Numbered from the stretch's first letter, positions 1 to 10,749 are shown. The stretch is DNA of 64,000 bases from Thermodesulfobacteriota bacterium (GCA_965216785.1 OZ244197.1:960001-1024000); one strand, 5' to 3'. Numbers and translations are program-made. Notes: generated by a model from the letters alone, not told the origin.

Positions 1-179
1 CGAGTGAGGTAATACTCCTCAAGATTTGTAATTTGATCGAATAGCGAAGAGCCCTCTTTATCGTAAAAGAGCTTACTCGGGAGCGCCTTTTGAGATCGGG
101 TAAGACCCTCTGTGATCTCAGAGACAATGTCCTGGGTTTCGGGTTCAAATTTTTTAAGTTTCAGTAGGTTCTTATGCAT
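1..179 (-). CDS. egtD: L-histidine N-alpha-methyltransferase, 5' part only (runs off the window edge)
   Basis: Manual translation MHKNLLKLKKFEPETQDIVSEITEGLTRSQKALPSKLFYDKEGSSLFDQITNLEEYYLTR matches the EgtD N-terminal LPxKxFYDxxGSxLFxxITxLxEYYLTR motif; directly downstream of egtB; not in the ORF track. Confidence 0.92.
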   Translation of the reverse strand, partial: MHKNLLKLKKFEPETQDIVSEITEGLTRSQKALPSKLFYDKEGSSLFDQITNLEEYYLT

Positions 180-224
180 GGTCTTATTAATTAGATTATG
201 TCAAACGCCTATAGATTCAGCTAC

Positions 225-1544
225 TTAACCTGCGTCTTTTGCGAGCCTTAGGCCCATGAACTGCCAGCGGGCATCAGGCGGGAAGAAGTTTCTATAAGTT
301 TTTCTTATGTGCGATTTCGATGTAGCGCAGGAGCCTCCTCTAAGCACCATCTGGTTACACATAAACTTCCCGTTATATTCACCGAGCGCTCCGGGAAGTG
401 TTTTAAATCCCGGATAAGACACATAGGGACTAGAGGTCCATTCCCATACATCGCCGTACATCTGCTTAAGCCCCTTGACCTTGGAGCCTCCATTTAGGGC
501 CGAAGGGTGAAATTTCGTATCCTCAACGAAGTTTCCCTCTACAGGCAATCCGGATGCGGCCACTTCCCACTCCGCCTCTGTTGGAATTCTGGCGCCCGAC
601 CATCTGGCAAAAGCGTCCGCCTCGAAATATGACAGGTGGCTTACAGGTTCCGAGGGATCAATACCCTTCATCCCGTTAAGAGTGAACTCTTGCCATTTTC
701 TACCGGTTTTTTCCCAATAGAAAGGTGCTTTCCATCCGTTTCCCTCAACTGTCGCCCATCCCTCAGAAAGCCAAATCTCGGGTGTTTCATATCCGCCGTC
801 ATCTATAAATTCCATATATTCGCCGTTTGTCACAAGTGTAGTCTTAAGCGAGAACGGCTCGAGATAAATTTTATGGAGAGGGTACTCGTTGTCATAACCG
901 AATCCTTCTCCCCCATGGCCGATAGAATATACTCCTCCATCGAACCCCACCCAGGCGCTTTTAGGTTTTTTGGTAGATTTGCTGCTATTTTTCGTTTTGT
1001 CTTTTACGTATGCGGGCCTCAGCGGGTTCTCGGAAAGAACATGCTTTATATCGGTCAGTATCAGTTCCTGATGCTGCTGTTCGTGGTGGATGCCTATTTC
1101 AATTACATGGGACAAATTCTTCCAGAACTTTCCGTCGGCATTTTCCATAAGCCCTATCATATTTTCATCCACATGGTTTCGGTAGCTGTAGGTTTCCTCC
1201 ACTGTAGGTCGTGAAATAAGACCGCGTTTAGGTCTGTAGTGCCTCTCCCCTGCTTGCACGTAGTATGAGTTAAACAGATACGCGTATTGGGGGTTCGGGG
1301 ATTTATAGTTTTTGATAGATTTTGCCAGCACGAATGTCTCAAAAAACCAGCTTGTGTGCGCCAGGTGCCACTTGGTAGGGCTTACGTCTGGCATAGATTG
1401 TATTACATAGTCCTCAATCTCAAGGGGCTCAGCCAGTGTATGCGAAAATTCCCGGACTTTTTTATAGCTCTCTATCAAGTTCTGCTGGGTGAGCTGAGCG
1501 CTACTCTTCTCTTTTGTTTTTGATTGCTTCTCTCGGGCCGTCAT
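225..1544 (-). CDS. egtB: Ergothioneine biosynthesis sulfoxide synthase (type II-like)
   Basis: DinB-like N-domain SPTKWHLAHTSWFFE, FNSYY, HEQQHQE iron ligands; C-terminal FGE-like domain PTEAEWE, GDVWEWT, VLRGGS. Confidence 0.95.
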   Translation of the reverse strand: MTAREKQSKTKEKSSAQLTQQNLIESYKKVREFSHTLAEPLEIEDYVIQSMPDVSPTKWHLAHTSWFFETFVLAKSIKNYKSPNPQYAYLFNSYYVQAGERHYRPKRGLISRPTVEETYSYRNHVDENMIGLMENADGKFWKNLSHVIEIGIHHEQQHQELILTDIKHVLSENPLRPAYVKDKTKNSSKSTKKPKSAWVGFDGGVYSIGHGGEGFGYDNEYPLHKIYLEPFSLKTTLVTNGEYMEFIDDGGYETPEIWLSEGWATVEGNGWKAPFYWEKTGRKWQEFTLNGMKGIDPSEPVSHLSYFEADAFARWSGARIPTEAEWEVAASGLPVEGNFVEDTKFHPSALNGGSKVKGLKQMYGDVWEWTSSPYVSYPGFKTLPGALGEYNGKFMCNQMVLRGGSCATSKSHIRKTYRNFFPPDARWQFMGLRLAKDAG

Positions 1545-1754
1545 TTTTTCTCCCGGCGTAAATATTTATCCCTAAACTGCCACGGGGGTTATTAACTACG
1601 ACTAATACATAATGTTCCTAATCTATATTAGATAGTAAGTGTAGCAAATGGGTGCGTTTTTTCAAAGAATAAACTATTTATTAACGCTATGTTTATAGAG
1701 CAATAATATGCTGAGAAGCCGATACTGGGCTTTTTGAGATGTTATCGGACAGCG

Positions 1755-2375
1755 CTACTTTCTGACTTTTTTAAGCTTTGCAATCAGCTCTTTAATCTCT
1801 TCCGATTTGACCTTCATGCTGACCCTGTTTACGACGAGCCTTGCGGTAATATCTGCAATGTTCTCAAACTCAACCAGGTTATTTTTCTTAAGAGTTTCCC
1901 CTGTGGCGGTAAGGTCTACTATGACGTCCGAGAGCCCAACTATAGGAGCGAGCTCTACAGAGCCGTACAGCTTAACTATTTCAGCGCCTACCCCTTTTTT
2001 TGCAAAGTGCTCATATGCTGTCTTCGGATACTTGGTTGCTACTCTCAGAGCCTTGGTCGAGTTATAGCCAAATCCCTTGGGTGCCGCCACAACAAGTTTG
2101 CATTTACCTATGCCCAAATCAAGAGGCTCATACAAATCGTGTTTTTCCTCTATCAGAGTATCTCTACCCACCACTCCTAAATCGGCGGCTCCGTACTCCA
2201 CATAAGGGGGGATATCAGTCGGCCGTATTATCAGAATCTTGAGTCCGACCGAGGGGTATTCAAATATTAACTTCCTCGAGTCCTTAAGCACATCATCCAC
2301 GGGATAACCCGCTTTTTTAAGTAATTTACCTGCCTCAGTGAGCAGTCTTCCTCTGGCTATAGCAAGTGTTATCAT
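1755..2375 (-). CDS. hisG: ATP phosphoribosyltransferase, short form
   Basis: DIPPYVEYGAADLGVVG, RVATKYP, GSVELAP, TGETLKKN; start moved to the ATG at 2375 that overlaps the murA stop (ATGA). Confidence 0.95.
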   Translation of the reverse strand: MITLAIARGRLLTEAGKLLKKAGYPVDDVLKDSRKLIFEYPSVGLKILIIRPTDIPPYVEYGAADLGVVGRDTLIEEKHDLYEPLDLGIGKCKLVVAAPKGFGYNSTKALRVATKYPKTAYEHFAKKGVGAEIVKLYGSVELAPIVGLSDVIVDLTATGETLKKNNLVEFENIADITARLVVNRVSMKVKSEEIKELIAKLKKVRK

Positions 2376-3628
2376 TCCTTTTCCCTCCAAATTCTGGCTC
2401 CGACTGTTTCTAGTTTGCGGTCCAATTTTTCATATCCTCTGTCCAGGTGATAGATACGGGATATTTCTGTCTTTCCTTGCGCGGCGACCCCTGCTAAAAC
2501 AAGAGAAGCGCTGGCTCTCAGGTCGCTCGCCATGATAGGTGCTCCGCTTACATGTCCGACTCCTCTCACGACTGCGCTATTGCCTACGAGTTTTATATCC
2601 GCTCCCATTCTTCTAAGCTCGCCCGCGTGAAGAAATCTCTGAGGGAATATGGTCTCGGTTATTATGCTCAGACCGTCAGCTATACTCATAAGCGTCATCA
2701 TCTGTGCCTGCATATCTGTCGGAAAACCGGGATAAGGCAGAGTCGTAAAATCAATGCTCTTTAGCTCACCTGAGCTTTTTATTCTGATCCCGCCGTTTTC
2801 TCTTGTGATTTCCGCGCCGGCTTCGAGAAGCTTTCCTATCAAAGCCCCCATATTCTCAAATCGGCAGTTTGTTAAAAATATATCTCCACCGGTAAGGACA
2901 GACGCTATCATCAGGGTGCCCGCCTCTATCCTGTCGGGCATAACTTCGTGGTCTTTTATGGGCACAAGCTCCGTGACGCCGTTAATTGTTATAATATCGG
3001 TTCCGATCCCCTGAATGTCCGCTCCCATTTCATTTAAAACCCGTCCGAGCTCGGTTACCTCAGGCTCACACGCGGCGTTTAGCAGTATCGTTTCCCCCTG
3101 CGCTAGTACGGATGATAAGATCAGGTTCTCCGTTCCAGTAACGGTAGAGACGTCAAATGGAATAACTCCGCCCTCTAGTTTGGGCGCTATCGTTTCAACA
3201 TAACCTTCCTCTATTTCTATTTCAGACCCCAGTATCTGAAGTCCCTTAAGATGCTGGTCGATAGGTCTCTCACCGATCGCGCAGCCCCCGGGTAAAGACA
3301 CTCTTGCCCGGCCAAATCTCGCGGTCAGCGGACCCAGAACCAATACAGATGCCCTCATGGTTTTTACCAGGTCATAAGGGGCAACCCATTTATTTAAGTT
3401 CGTGGTATCTATTTCTAGTGATCCGTCTTCAAATTCTACGCGCGCGCCGAGGATCTCGAGCATCTTGCACATTGTCCTGACATCAGCAAGATCAGGCACG
3501 TTTGTAAAACTGTTTACGCCCTCTGTCAGTATGCACGCCGCCATAAGCGGGAGCACTGCGTTTTTAGCGCCGCTTACGACAAGCTCGCCCTCAAGTTTAT
3601 TTCCGCCTTCTACTATTATTTTTTCCAC
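2372..3628 (-). CDS. murA: UDP-N-acetylglucosamine 1-carboxyvinyltransferase
   Basis: GAKNAVLP, LPGGCAIGERP, PGFPTDMQAQ, DLRASA. Confidence 0.98.
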   Translation of the reverse strand: MEKIIVEGGNKLEGELVVSGAKNAVLPLMAACILTEGVNSFTNVPDLADVRTMCKMLEILGARVEFEDGSLEIDTTNLNKWVAPYDLVKTMRASVLVLGPLTARFGRARVSLPGGCAIGERPIDQHLKGLQILGSEIEIEEGYVETIAPKLEGGVIPFDVSTVTGTENLILSSVLAQGETILLNAACEPEVTELGRVLNEMGADIQGIGTDIITINGVTELVPIKDHEVMPDRIEAGTLMIASVLTGGDIFLTNCRFENMGALIGKLLEAGAEITRENGGIRIKSSGELKSIDFTTLPYPGFPTDMQAQMMTLMSIADGLSIITETIFPQRFLHAGELRRMGADIKLVGNSAVVRGVGHVSGAPIMASDLRASASLVLAGVAAQGKTEISRIYHLDRGYEKLDRKLETVGARIWREKE

Positions 3629-4467
3629 TGTGCTTTTACCACTCTCTCCGTATTACTTATATCCCTTAAGGCACTAATTTCACTAAATCCTCTTTCATGG
3701 AACAGCCCAATAACTCTCTCAGACTGCCCTTGACCGATTTCAAGGAGGCACCAACCTCCGTCTTTTAGAATGAAGGGAGATTCGTTAACAATGTCCTTTA
3801 TGATACGAAGGCCGTCTGAACCGGCCAATAGAGAAAGCCTGGGCTCATAATCTCTTACCTCGGGCCCAAGCGTTTCAAAATCCGACTCAGATATATAAGG
3901 CGGGTTAGAAACTATTATATCAAAAGCGTTTTTTTTAAACGGGCTTAACAGGTGCCCGTTCACAAAGGAGATTCTATCATCTACTTGGTGCATACGTGCA
4001 TTATTTTCAGCCGTCCTCAGCGCCTCGGCTGATAAATCGGAGGCGTATACATTAGAGAGGGGCGTTTCTGCTGCAATCGTAACGGCAATACAGCCGCTTC
4101 CGGTCCCTAAATCAAGTACGGCGGGGGATTCCATAGATTCCACTATTTTGATCGTCTCCTCGGTTAAAAGCTCGGTTTCGGGCCTCGGTATTAGCACTGA
4201 TGGATTGACCTCAAAGCGTCTTGAATAAAATTCCTTTTCTCCCATTATGTAAGCCGAGGGTTCGTTATTAGCTCTTCTTCCGAGCAATTTAAAGTACTGC
4301 TCTACTGTTTCACTTTCCATTTCTTTTTCAGGGTGTGTATATATCTCAGCTATGTCCGATACCGCATTCGCCTTCGATAGCAGGAGATACGACTCGAGCG
4401 CCGGATTTTCCACGGAGCTCCTTTTCATATTCTCTTTCCCTGATAAATAAAGTTCTCTTAAGTGCAT
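3616..4467 (-). CDS. prmC: Release factor glutamine methyltransferase
   Basis: VLIPRPETE, LDLGTGSGCIA, SNPPY. Confidence 0.96.
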   Translation of the reverse strand: MHLRELYLSGKENMKRSSVENPALESYLLLSKANAVSDIAEIYTHPEKEMESETVEQYFKLLGRRANNEPSAYIMGEKEFYSRRFEVNPSVLIPRPETELLTEETIKIVESMESPAVLDLGTGSGCIAVTIAAETPLSNVYASDLSAEALRTAENNARMHQVDDRISFVNGHLLSPFKKNAFDIIVSNPPYISESDFETLGPEVRDYEPRLSLLAGSDGLRIIKDIVNESPFILKDGGWCLLEIGQGQSERVIGLFHERGFSEISALRDISNTERVVKAQWKK

Positions 4468-4666
4468 TTGCTTAAATCCCTGAATTTAGTGGAAAAGAGT
4501 TTATCTGTCCGCAGTACGTTTTCAAGGGAAGTTAAGTACAGAGGCAAATTAAATCTGATCTGAGCTCTCGGCTGTGCTGTCTATACGGATCGGGAACATC
4601 ATAAACTTAGCGGTTAATTATCGTTTTATCTCTCTTGAGGATGTGGATTGATATAGGGGCATGCAT

Positions 4667-5329
4667 CTAATCTTGCTCAAAAGCATGATGCTTTAGTGTC
4701 TTGCCGCTAGCTATATAGTATGTGTCTTCTGCAATATTAGTGGCCAGATCAGCGACCCTTTCAATGTCTCTGGCAATAAGTATCAAGGTGAGCGCCCGGT
4801 CTATGGTCTGGGGGTCAGAGATCATATACGTTATTAGCTCCCTTACGATCTGAGGCTCAAGTGCGTCTACTTCGTCGTCCTTTTTACATACGGCTACCGC
4901 AAGCTCGGCGTCTTTGTTTACAAACGCGTCGAGGCTTTCCTGGAGCATTTCTATTGCCTTATCAGCCATTCTGGGTATATCAATTAAAGGTTTTACAGGC
5001 ATTTTGTCGGCAAGATATATAGCTTTTTCCGCTATATTGGCAGCATGGTCACCGATCCTTTCAAGCTCGCTGTTTATTTTCATAACCATGGTTACCGTTC
5101 TCAGGTCTTCGGCTTCCGGGTGTTGAAGAGCCAATATCCTGATACACTGCTCGTCAATTTCAATCTCCATCTGATTGATTTTGGCATCGCTCTTTATTAC
5201 CTCTTCGGCCATTATCATATTGCTGTCTTTGAGTGCTTTGATACTTTTGGCAATCATCTCTTCTATAGACGTAGCCATTTCAAAGAGCATTTTTTTTAAT
5301 TTGCTGATTTCGTCTTCAAGTTTTGCCAT
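4667..5329 (-). CDS. phoU: Phosphate signalling complex protein
   Basis: Two PhoU repeats (LERIGDHAANIA; IERVADLATNIAE); last gene of the pst operon. Confidence 0.96.
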   Translation of the reverse strand: MAKLEDEISKLKKMLFEMATSIEEMIAKSIKALKDSNMIMAEEVIKSDAKINQMEIEIDEQCIRILALQHPEAEDLRTVTMVMKINSELERIGDHAANIAEKAIYLADKMPVKPLIDIPRMADKAIEMLQESLDAFVNKDAELAVAVCKKDDEVDALEPQIVRELITYMISDPQTIDRALTLILIARDIERVADLATNIAEDTYYIASGKTLKHHAFEQD

Positions 5330-5388
5330 ATCTTCAGTTACCGTCGAATATGATTAATATAGATTGAGAGCATTGTGCTCAGGTACTG

Positions 5389-5811
5389 CTAAGAGTCTTT
5401 AAACTCATCGTCTATCCAGCTTTTTATCTCATCCCTTACATTTCTAAAGCCGGAAAGTATCTCTTCGTCCTTCCCTCTGAATCTTGAAGGATCAGTAAAC
5501 CCCTTATGTAAATACTTTTTTGCTCCGGGAAACGTAGGACATGTCTCCTTAGCATGGTCACAAACTGTGACTACCGTATCAAAATCCTGCCCGTCGAACT
5601 TCTCAATATGCTTTGAGGCGTGATCCGATATATCTATCCCAATTTCAGCCATTGCCCTTACGGCATAGGGGTTAACTCTTGATGGCTCTGTACCCGCGCT
5701 AAACACTTCATACTTGTCTCCATGGGATGATCTCAATATTCCCTCCGCCATTTGGGATCTGGCTGAATTGTGAGTACATAGAAACAACACTTTTTTCTTC
5801 TCATCTGACAT
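5389..5811 (-). CDS. arsC: Thioredoxin-coupled arsenate reductase (LMW-PTP fold)
   Basis: CTHNSARSQMAE P-loop; resolving cysteines in TVCDHAKETCP; DP motif. Confidence 0.88.
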   Translation of the reverse strand: MSDEKKKVLFLCTHNSARSQMAEGILRSSHGDKYEVFSAGTEPSRVNPYAVRAMAEIGIDISDHASKHIEKFDGQDFDTVVTVCDHAKETCPTFPGAKKYLHKGFTDPSRFRGKDEEILSGFRNVRDEIKSWIDDEFKDS

Positions 5812-5860
5812 AATACTTATTTATTATACTAATATTTGGAAATAATGCGGCGAAATTCGC

Positions 5861-6733
5861 TTATCCGAATTTCCCTGAAACATAATCTTCGGTCTGTTTG
5901 AGTTTTGGATTCAGGAATATATTCTCGGTACTGTCGTATTCTATGACCTCTCCCAAGTACATAAAAGCGGTGTAATCAGAGACGCGAGAGGCCTGCTGCA
6001 TGTTATGAGTAACAATAACGATCGTGTAGCTTTCCTTAAGCTCGTTTATAAGGTCTTCAATCTTTCCTGTCGCAATCGGGTCAAGCGCCGAGCACGGCTC
6101 GTCCATCAAAAGAACCTCGGGTTCAACCGCAATTGCCCTTGCGATGCAGAGCCTCTGCATCTGTCCCCCCGACATGCCCAGAGCGCTCTCATTCAATCTG
6201 TCGTGTACCTCGTCCCAGAGAGCAGCTCCTTTTAAGCTTTTTTCGACTATTTCATCGAGTACGGACTTTCTGTTCTCACCGGCTATTCTTGCACCGTATG
6301 CTACGTTTTCATATATAGATTTAGGAAACGGATTTGATTTCTGAAACACCATTCCGACATTCTTTCTAAGATCTGTTATATCTACCCCGGGATCGTGTAT
6401 GTCCATACCGTTTATCTTAAATTCACCCTCGACTCTCGCGGAGTCCACAAGGTCGTTCAGTCGGTTAAAACAACGAAGGAGCGTAGATTTTCCGCAGCCT
6501 GATGGTCCGATAAACGCGGTCGCTTTGTTTTTAGGTATATCCATGTTGATATCCTTAAGCGCTTGCTTCGACCCGTAGTAAAGGTTTCCGCCGTTTACTT
6601 CAACCACAGGGTCCGGGACTTGAAATTTTACAACACCTTGAGGCTGTTCTAAGTCTTTGGGCAGCACTTCACGAGCGCTCACTGTTGCTTCTGTAACATT
6701 CTCAGTCGACATTCTGTGCTCAATCTCCTTCAT
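5861..6733 (-). CDS. pstB: Phosphate ABC transporter ATPase
   Basis: [42 protein letters not shown]. Confidence 0.97.
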   Translation of the reverse strand: MKEIEHRMSTENVTEATVSAREVLPKDLEQPQGVVKFQVPDPVVEVNGGNLYYGSKQALKDINMDIPKNKATAFIGPSGCGKSTLLRCFNRLNDLVDSARVEGEFKINGMDIHDPGVDITDLRKNVGMVFQKSNPFPKSIYENVAYGARIAGENRKSVLDEIVEKSLKGAALWDEVHDRLNESALGMSGGQMQRLCIARAIAVEPEVLLMDEPCSALDPIATGKIEDLINELKESYTIVIVTHNMQQASRVSDYTAFMYLGEVIEYDSTENIFLNPKLKQTEDYVSGKFG

Positions 6734-6769
6734 GATTTACCCCGGAAGTATCAATAATAATAACATTTA

Positions 6770-8395
6770 TTATACTGCCGAGGTAGTGTATTTCTTTTTT
6801 AAACGGTTTCTTATAATTATCGCGCTCAAGTTAAGTATTATAACAATCAATATCAAAAGAAGTGCTGTTGTGAATACCATAGGCTTTGCCGCCTCCACAT
6901 TAGGTGACTGAAACCCTACATCATAGATATGAAAGCCCAGGTGCATGAATTTTCTCTCCAAATGAACGTATGGGAAGTACCCGTCTATCGGGAGCTGGGG
7001 CGCAAGTTTCACTACTCCTGTAATCATAAGGGGCGCAACCTCGCCCGTTGCCCTGGCGATTGCCAATATCAGCCCCGTTAGGATCGCGGGCATTGCACTT
7101 GGGATTACTATTTTCCACGTGGTCTCAAATTTTGTGGCACCCAGTGCCAGAGATCCGTGCCTTATTTCCTGAGGTACGGCGGCAAGCCCTTCCTCAGTTG
7201 CCACAATCACAACCGGCACCGTAAGTAATGCCAGTGTTAGGGAGGCCCAAAGGATTCCGCCCGTACCGTAAGTCGGGGTAGGAAGCGCTTCGCTGAAAAA
7301 GAAGCTATCTATATTACTTCCCAAACCATATATAAAAAATCCTACGGCAAACACTCCGAATACGATAGAAGGTACGCCGGCAAGGTTATTCACGCAAATC
7401 CGCACAATTCTCACAAGCGTGCCCTGCCTGGCATATTCCCTCAGATAGAGCGCCGCCAGCACTCCGAACGGAAGCACAACAATGCTCATAATAAGGACCA
7501 TGAACACCGTCCCGAATATTGCGGGGAATACGCCTCCTTCCGTATTGGCTTCCCTGGGGTCCTCTGAGACAAATCCCCAGGCTCTAGATAGATAAAGCGA
7601 AGCCTTTCCAAACCAGCTCATTGCGTTTGGTCTGTAGGCCCTTACAACGTTGCCTATGGACATCTCTTTTTCCCTGCCGTCCACCGACACCATTACAATC
7701 TTGTCTCTCTCAAAATCCTTATATAGTGTGGATAATTCTTCTTCCTTCACCCGGTACTTGGCTTCTTCCTCTTTTACCTTTGCTTCATAGTCTTTTATCT
7801 GAGCCTGACTATCTCCGCCTTTCATCTCAAGCCCGCGGATCTTGAGCCTGTAGTTTTCAATTGAGTGGTTGATGCCCCCGATTTCGCCTTTTTCGATATC
7901 CTTAATCTCTTTAAATATCTTATGATACTCCGGGATTAGCGACTCAAGCGTACTCCAGCACTCCTGATTTCCTGTGCATACGGTATTACCGTCTTCCTTT
8001 ATCTCTTTTATGAACGCGTACATATTGCCCCATTCCCTTCTTTCCAGCACGACTGCAAACTCAGGGTATGTAGTGCTTGCAATCTGGTCGTCGTCAATCC
8101 ATCTGAAATCAAGGCCGTAAAGATCGCGGTTTCCGATTTTCAGCTGAGTCCTAAAGGCATCGTCAGCGCTCTCTTTCTTGCTGAACGTTTTAATCTTTTC
8201 GTGACCGGTAATTTCTCCCATCACTCTGGTTCCGTTTTTGAGCTCGAGCTCGGCCACCGAAGCGGGCCAGAAAAACCCGAGCCCCTTGGCCGCTATCAGC
8301 CACAGAAGCCCCGCGATCATGAGCAGACTGAACATAAGCGCAACGCCTGTCAGCCATACGAATGGGTCTCCGCTTCTCCAAAATTTATTATTCAT
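6770..8395 (-). CDS. pstA: Phosphate ABC permease PstA with extended periplasmic coiled-coil domain
   Basis: NLAGVPSIVFG, ARATGEVAPL, EDPREANTEGG; start probably ATG 8395 (track gives 8413). Confidence 0.93.
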   Translation of the reverse strand: MNNKFWRSGDPFVWLTGVALMFSLLMIAGLLWLIAAKGLGFFWPASVAELELKNGTRVMGEITGHEKIKTFSKKESADDAFRTQLKIGNRDLYGLDFRWIDDDQIASTTYPEFAVVLERREWGNMYAFIKEIKEDGNTVCTGNQECWSTLESLIPEYHKIFKEIKDIEKGEIGGINHSIENYRLKIRGLEMKGGDSQAQIKDYEAKVKEEEAKYRVKEEELSTLYKDFERDKIVMVSVDGREKEMSIGNVVRAYRPNAMSWFGKASLYLSRAWGFVSEDPREANTEGGVFPAIFGTVFMVLIMSIVVLPFGVLAALYLREYARQGTLVRIVRICVNNLAGVPSIVFGVFAVGFFIYGLGSNIDSFFFSEALPTPTYGTGGILWASLTLALLTVPVVIVATEEGLAAVPQEIRHGSLALGATKFETTWKIVIPSAMPAILTGLILAIARATGEVAPLMITGVVKLAPQLPIDGYFPYVHLERKFMHLGFHIYDVGFQSPNVEAAKPMVFTTALLLILIVIILNLSAIIIRNRLKKKYTTSAV

Positions 8396-8427
8396 ATCCA
8401 ATATCCGTAACAATAAAATTTCTCATA

Positions 8428-10749
8428 TCAAAGCTGTCCGAATTTCTTTCTCAGTCTTTGCCTCACAATCTCAGCCGCTGTATTAATAAAGAAGGTAAAG
8501 AAAAACAGCAGCAGGGCTGCCAGGAACAGGATTCTATAAAGCGTGCCCCCGTGGGGCGCTTCAGGTATTTCCACGGCAATATTCGCCGATAGCGCTCTGA
8601 ACCCGTTAAACACGCTCCAGTCCATGATAGGCGTGTTCCCTGTAGCCATAAGAACGATCATGGTCTCTCCGATAGCTCTTCCCAGGCCTATCATTACAGC
8701 CGAGAATATGCCGGGGCTTGCCGTGGGGAGTATTACTCTAATAGCCGTCTGCCAGCTGTTCGCGCCTAGCGCCAGAGAGCCCGCGGTAAGGTGTTTCGGT
8801 ACGCTCGACAGGGCGTCTTCCGAGATTGTGAATATGATTGGAATAACAGCAAACCCCATTGCGAAACCTACGATTAAGGAGTTTCGCTGATCATACTGAA
8901 GACCTAAAACGTTATACAACCAGCTCTTATAGTCTCCGGCGAATAGAGCGCTTTCGATCGGACCGTTCAGCCAGAGCGAAATCAGCACTCCGATTATTAT
9001 CACCGGCACTAAGAAAAATAGCTCTGTACCGTGTTTAAACCTGCCTTTGATTGCTCTTGGTGCTTGATGCCATATAAATACGCTTATTATAGTAAGGATT
9101 GTTAGTACGATCGGCATAGTGAACACAGCGGGTATAACCTTTTCCAGCACCGGTGCAAGCCACAGACCTGCAAAGAATCCGAGCACAACGCTCGGGAGCG
9201 CTGCCATAATTTCTATTATCGGCTTTATCGTATTTCTTAGCGTAGGGTGCATAAACTGCGACACGCAGAGCGCCCCTAAGATAGAGATAGGAATCGCGAA
9301 GATTAACGCGTATATTGCCCCTTTTAACGTACCGTAAGCAAGCGGGGTCAGGCTGAATTTAGGCTCGAACTGGTCGGTGCCTCCGGTTGACTGCCACACA
9401 TACTCCGGTTTCTCGTAGCCTTCGTACCATACTTTTCCGAACAGAGTCTTAAAATTAGTTTCCGGGTGCTCGTTCTCAACGTTCCAATTGTAGAATTTAC
9501 CTTCCTTGTCTATTGCCGCGATCCCGTTAGCTTTTGGCGAGAAAGCCAGCCTCTGAATTGACGAGCCGTCTCCTTTAAACTCTGCTACTTTTTGGTTCGA
9601 AGTCGCGTGATACAAGTTAATATTGCCGCCCGTATCGGAAGCCAGAAAACCCCTGTCTCTCGCGGACGCTGTAATTTGAGTAACCGGCAATTCCAATGGG
9701 CTTAGCTCGTGTATTCTCTTGAGTAAATCTCCCGTCGGAGAGGTCTTGTCCGGCACTTCGAACCATACTGAAACCTGGCCCGCTTCGTCTCCCACAACGA
9801 GTGAGCGGTCACCGAGCAGGAAAGCAAGAGCAGTTATAGCTGTGTTTGAATCCTTTGTCGCGTCAATTGCTCTTAAAAATTCCGGGCTACCCTTATCACT
9901 CACGTCCCAATGAAAGAGCTTTCCGTTATCAGTGCCCACAAAGAGGTTCTCAAGGCTGGAATCCAGCTCAATCGCCGTAACGCCTGCTTGCTCGAGCTGT
10001 GAGGTGAGATCGGTGGTATGATTTTCACCAGTACTTTCCTCTTCCCCAAATCCAAAGTCGTCCTCTTCTGACTCCGCTGCCGCTACAAACAATAAAGAGC
10101 CGCTCTTAGTATATGCGGCCGCGGCTTTACCGCCGTCTTCCTCCGACTCCTCGTAAGCTATATTTACCAGGGGCGAGTCAGCTACTTTAAAGAGCTCACC
10201 CTGCGTAATATCCGGAGTGATAATTCTTTTTTGGTCTGAGAATGTGATCTTATAATTAGTGCTTACAGGAAGTACAAACCCGTCGCTTGTTCCAAAGCTG
10301 TAAAGCTCGTTGTTAACCGATACGAAGCTCGATGTAATCTCGGAGCCCTCGATATCTGTAAGCGGGATAGATTTTAATACACTCCCGTCTTTTAATGATA
10401 AGAATCGGAACACCCCGTCATCGGTCACAATGAAGCCGATTTCCTTATATTCCTCTGTACCCGTTGCAAGATATGGGAAAGTAGTTTTATCCGGGCTGTC
10501 CAGTGAATAAGAAGAGAGCTCAGGGGATTCCTTTAATATAAAAGAGCTCGTAAGCTCGGATTTAACACCCTGCCACAGGGGCACGGTCTCAATACCTATG
10601 AAAACGAGAATTGCCAGTATACTTAGGATAATCGCGATACCGCCTGTAGTAACGACACCGGTCGCGATAAAATCCACAAGCTTCCTCCGTCTTACTCCGG
10701 AGGAAGCTTGGGATGTATCTTTTTTCTTAAGTCTAGTTTGCGCAGTCAT
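8428..10749 (-). CDS. pstC: Phosphate ABC permease PstC with large periplasmic WD40/beta-propeller-like domain
   Basis: C-terminal permease (AALPSVVLGF, GRAIGETMIVLMATGN); N-terminal WD-like repeats (LFHWDV, VSVWF, FYNWNV). Confidence 0.9.
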   Translation of the reverse strand: MTAQTRLKKKDTSQASSGVRRRKLVDFIATGVVTTGGIAIILSILAILVFIGIETVPLWQGVKSELTSSFILKESPELSSYSLDSPDKTTFPYLATGTEEYKEIGFIVTDDGVFRFLSLKDGSVLKSIPLTDIEGSEITSSFVSVNNELYSFGTSDGFVLPVSTNYKITFSDQKRIITPDITQGELFKVADSPLVNIAYEESEEDGGKAAAAYTKSGSLLFVAAAESEEDDFGFGEEESTGENHTTDLTSQLEQAGVTAIELDSSLENLFVGTDNGKLFHWDVSDKGSPEFLRAIDATKDSNTAITALAFLLGDRSLVVGDEAGQVSVWFEVPDKTSPTGDLLKRIHELSPLELPVTQITASARDRGFLASDTGGNINLYHATSNQKVAEFKGDGSSIQRLAFSPKANGIAAIDKEGKFYNWNVENEHPETNFKTLFGKVWYEGYEKPEYVWQSTGGTDQFEPKFSLTPLAYGTLKGAIYALIFAIPISILGALCVSQFMHPTLRNTIKPIIEIMAALPSVVLGFFAGLWLAPVLEKVIPAVFTMPIVLTILTIISVFIWHQAPRAIKGRFKHGTELFFLVPVIIIGVLISLWLNGPIESALFAGDYKSWLYNVLGLQYDQRNSLIVGFAMGFAVIPIIFTISEDALSSVPKHLTAGSLALGANSWQTAIRVILPTASPGIFSAVMIGLGRAIGETMIVLMATGNTPIMDWSVFNGFRALSANIAVEIPEAPHGGTLYRILFLAALLLFFFTFFINTAAEIVRQRLRKKFGQL

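Noticed and set aside
225-1544. Selenoneine synthase SenA
   Set aside because: No senB or selD-like gene in the visible neighbourhood; motifs fit ordinary EgtB (sequence beyond the left edge is unseen)
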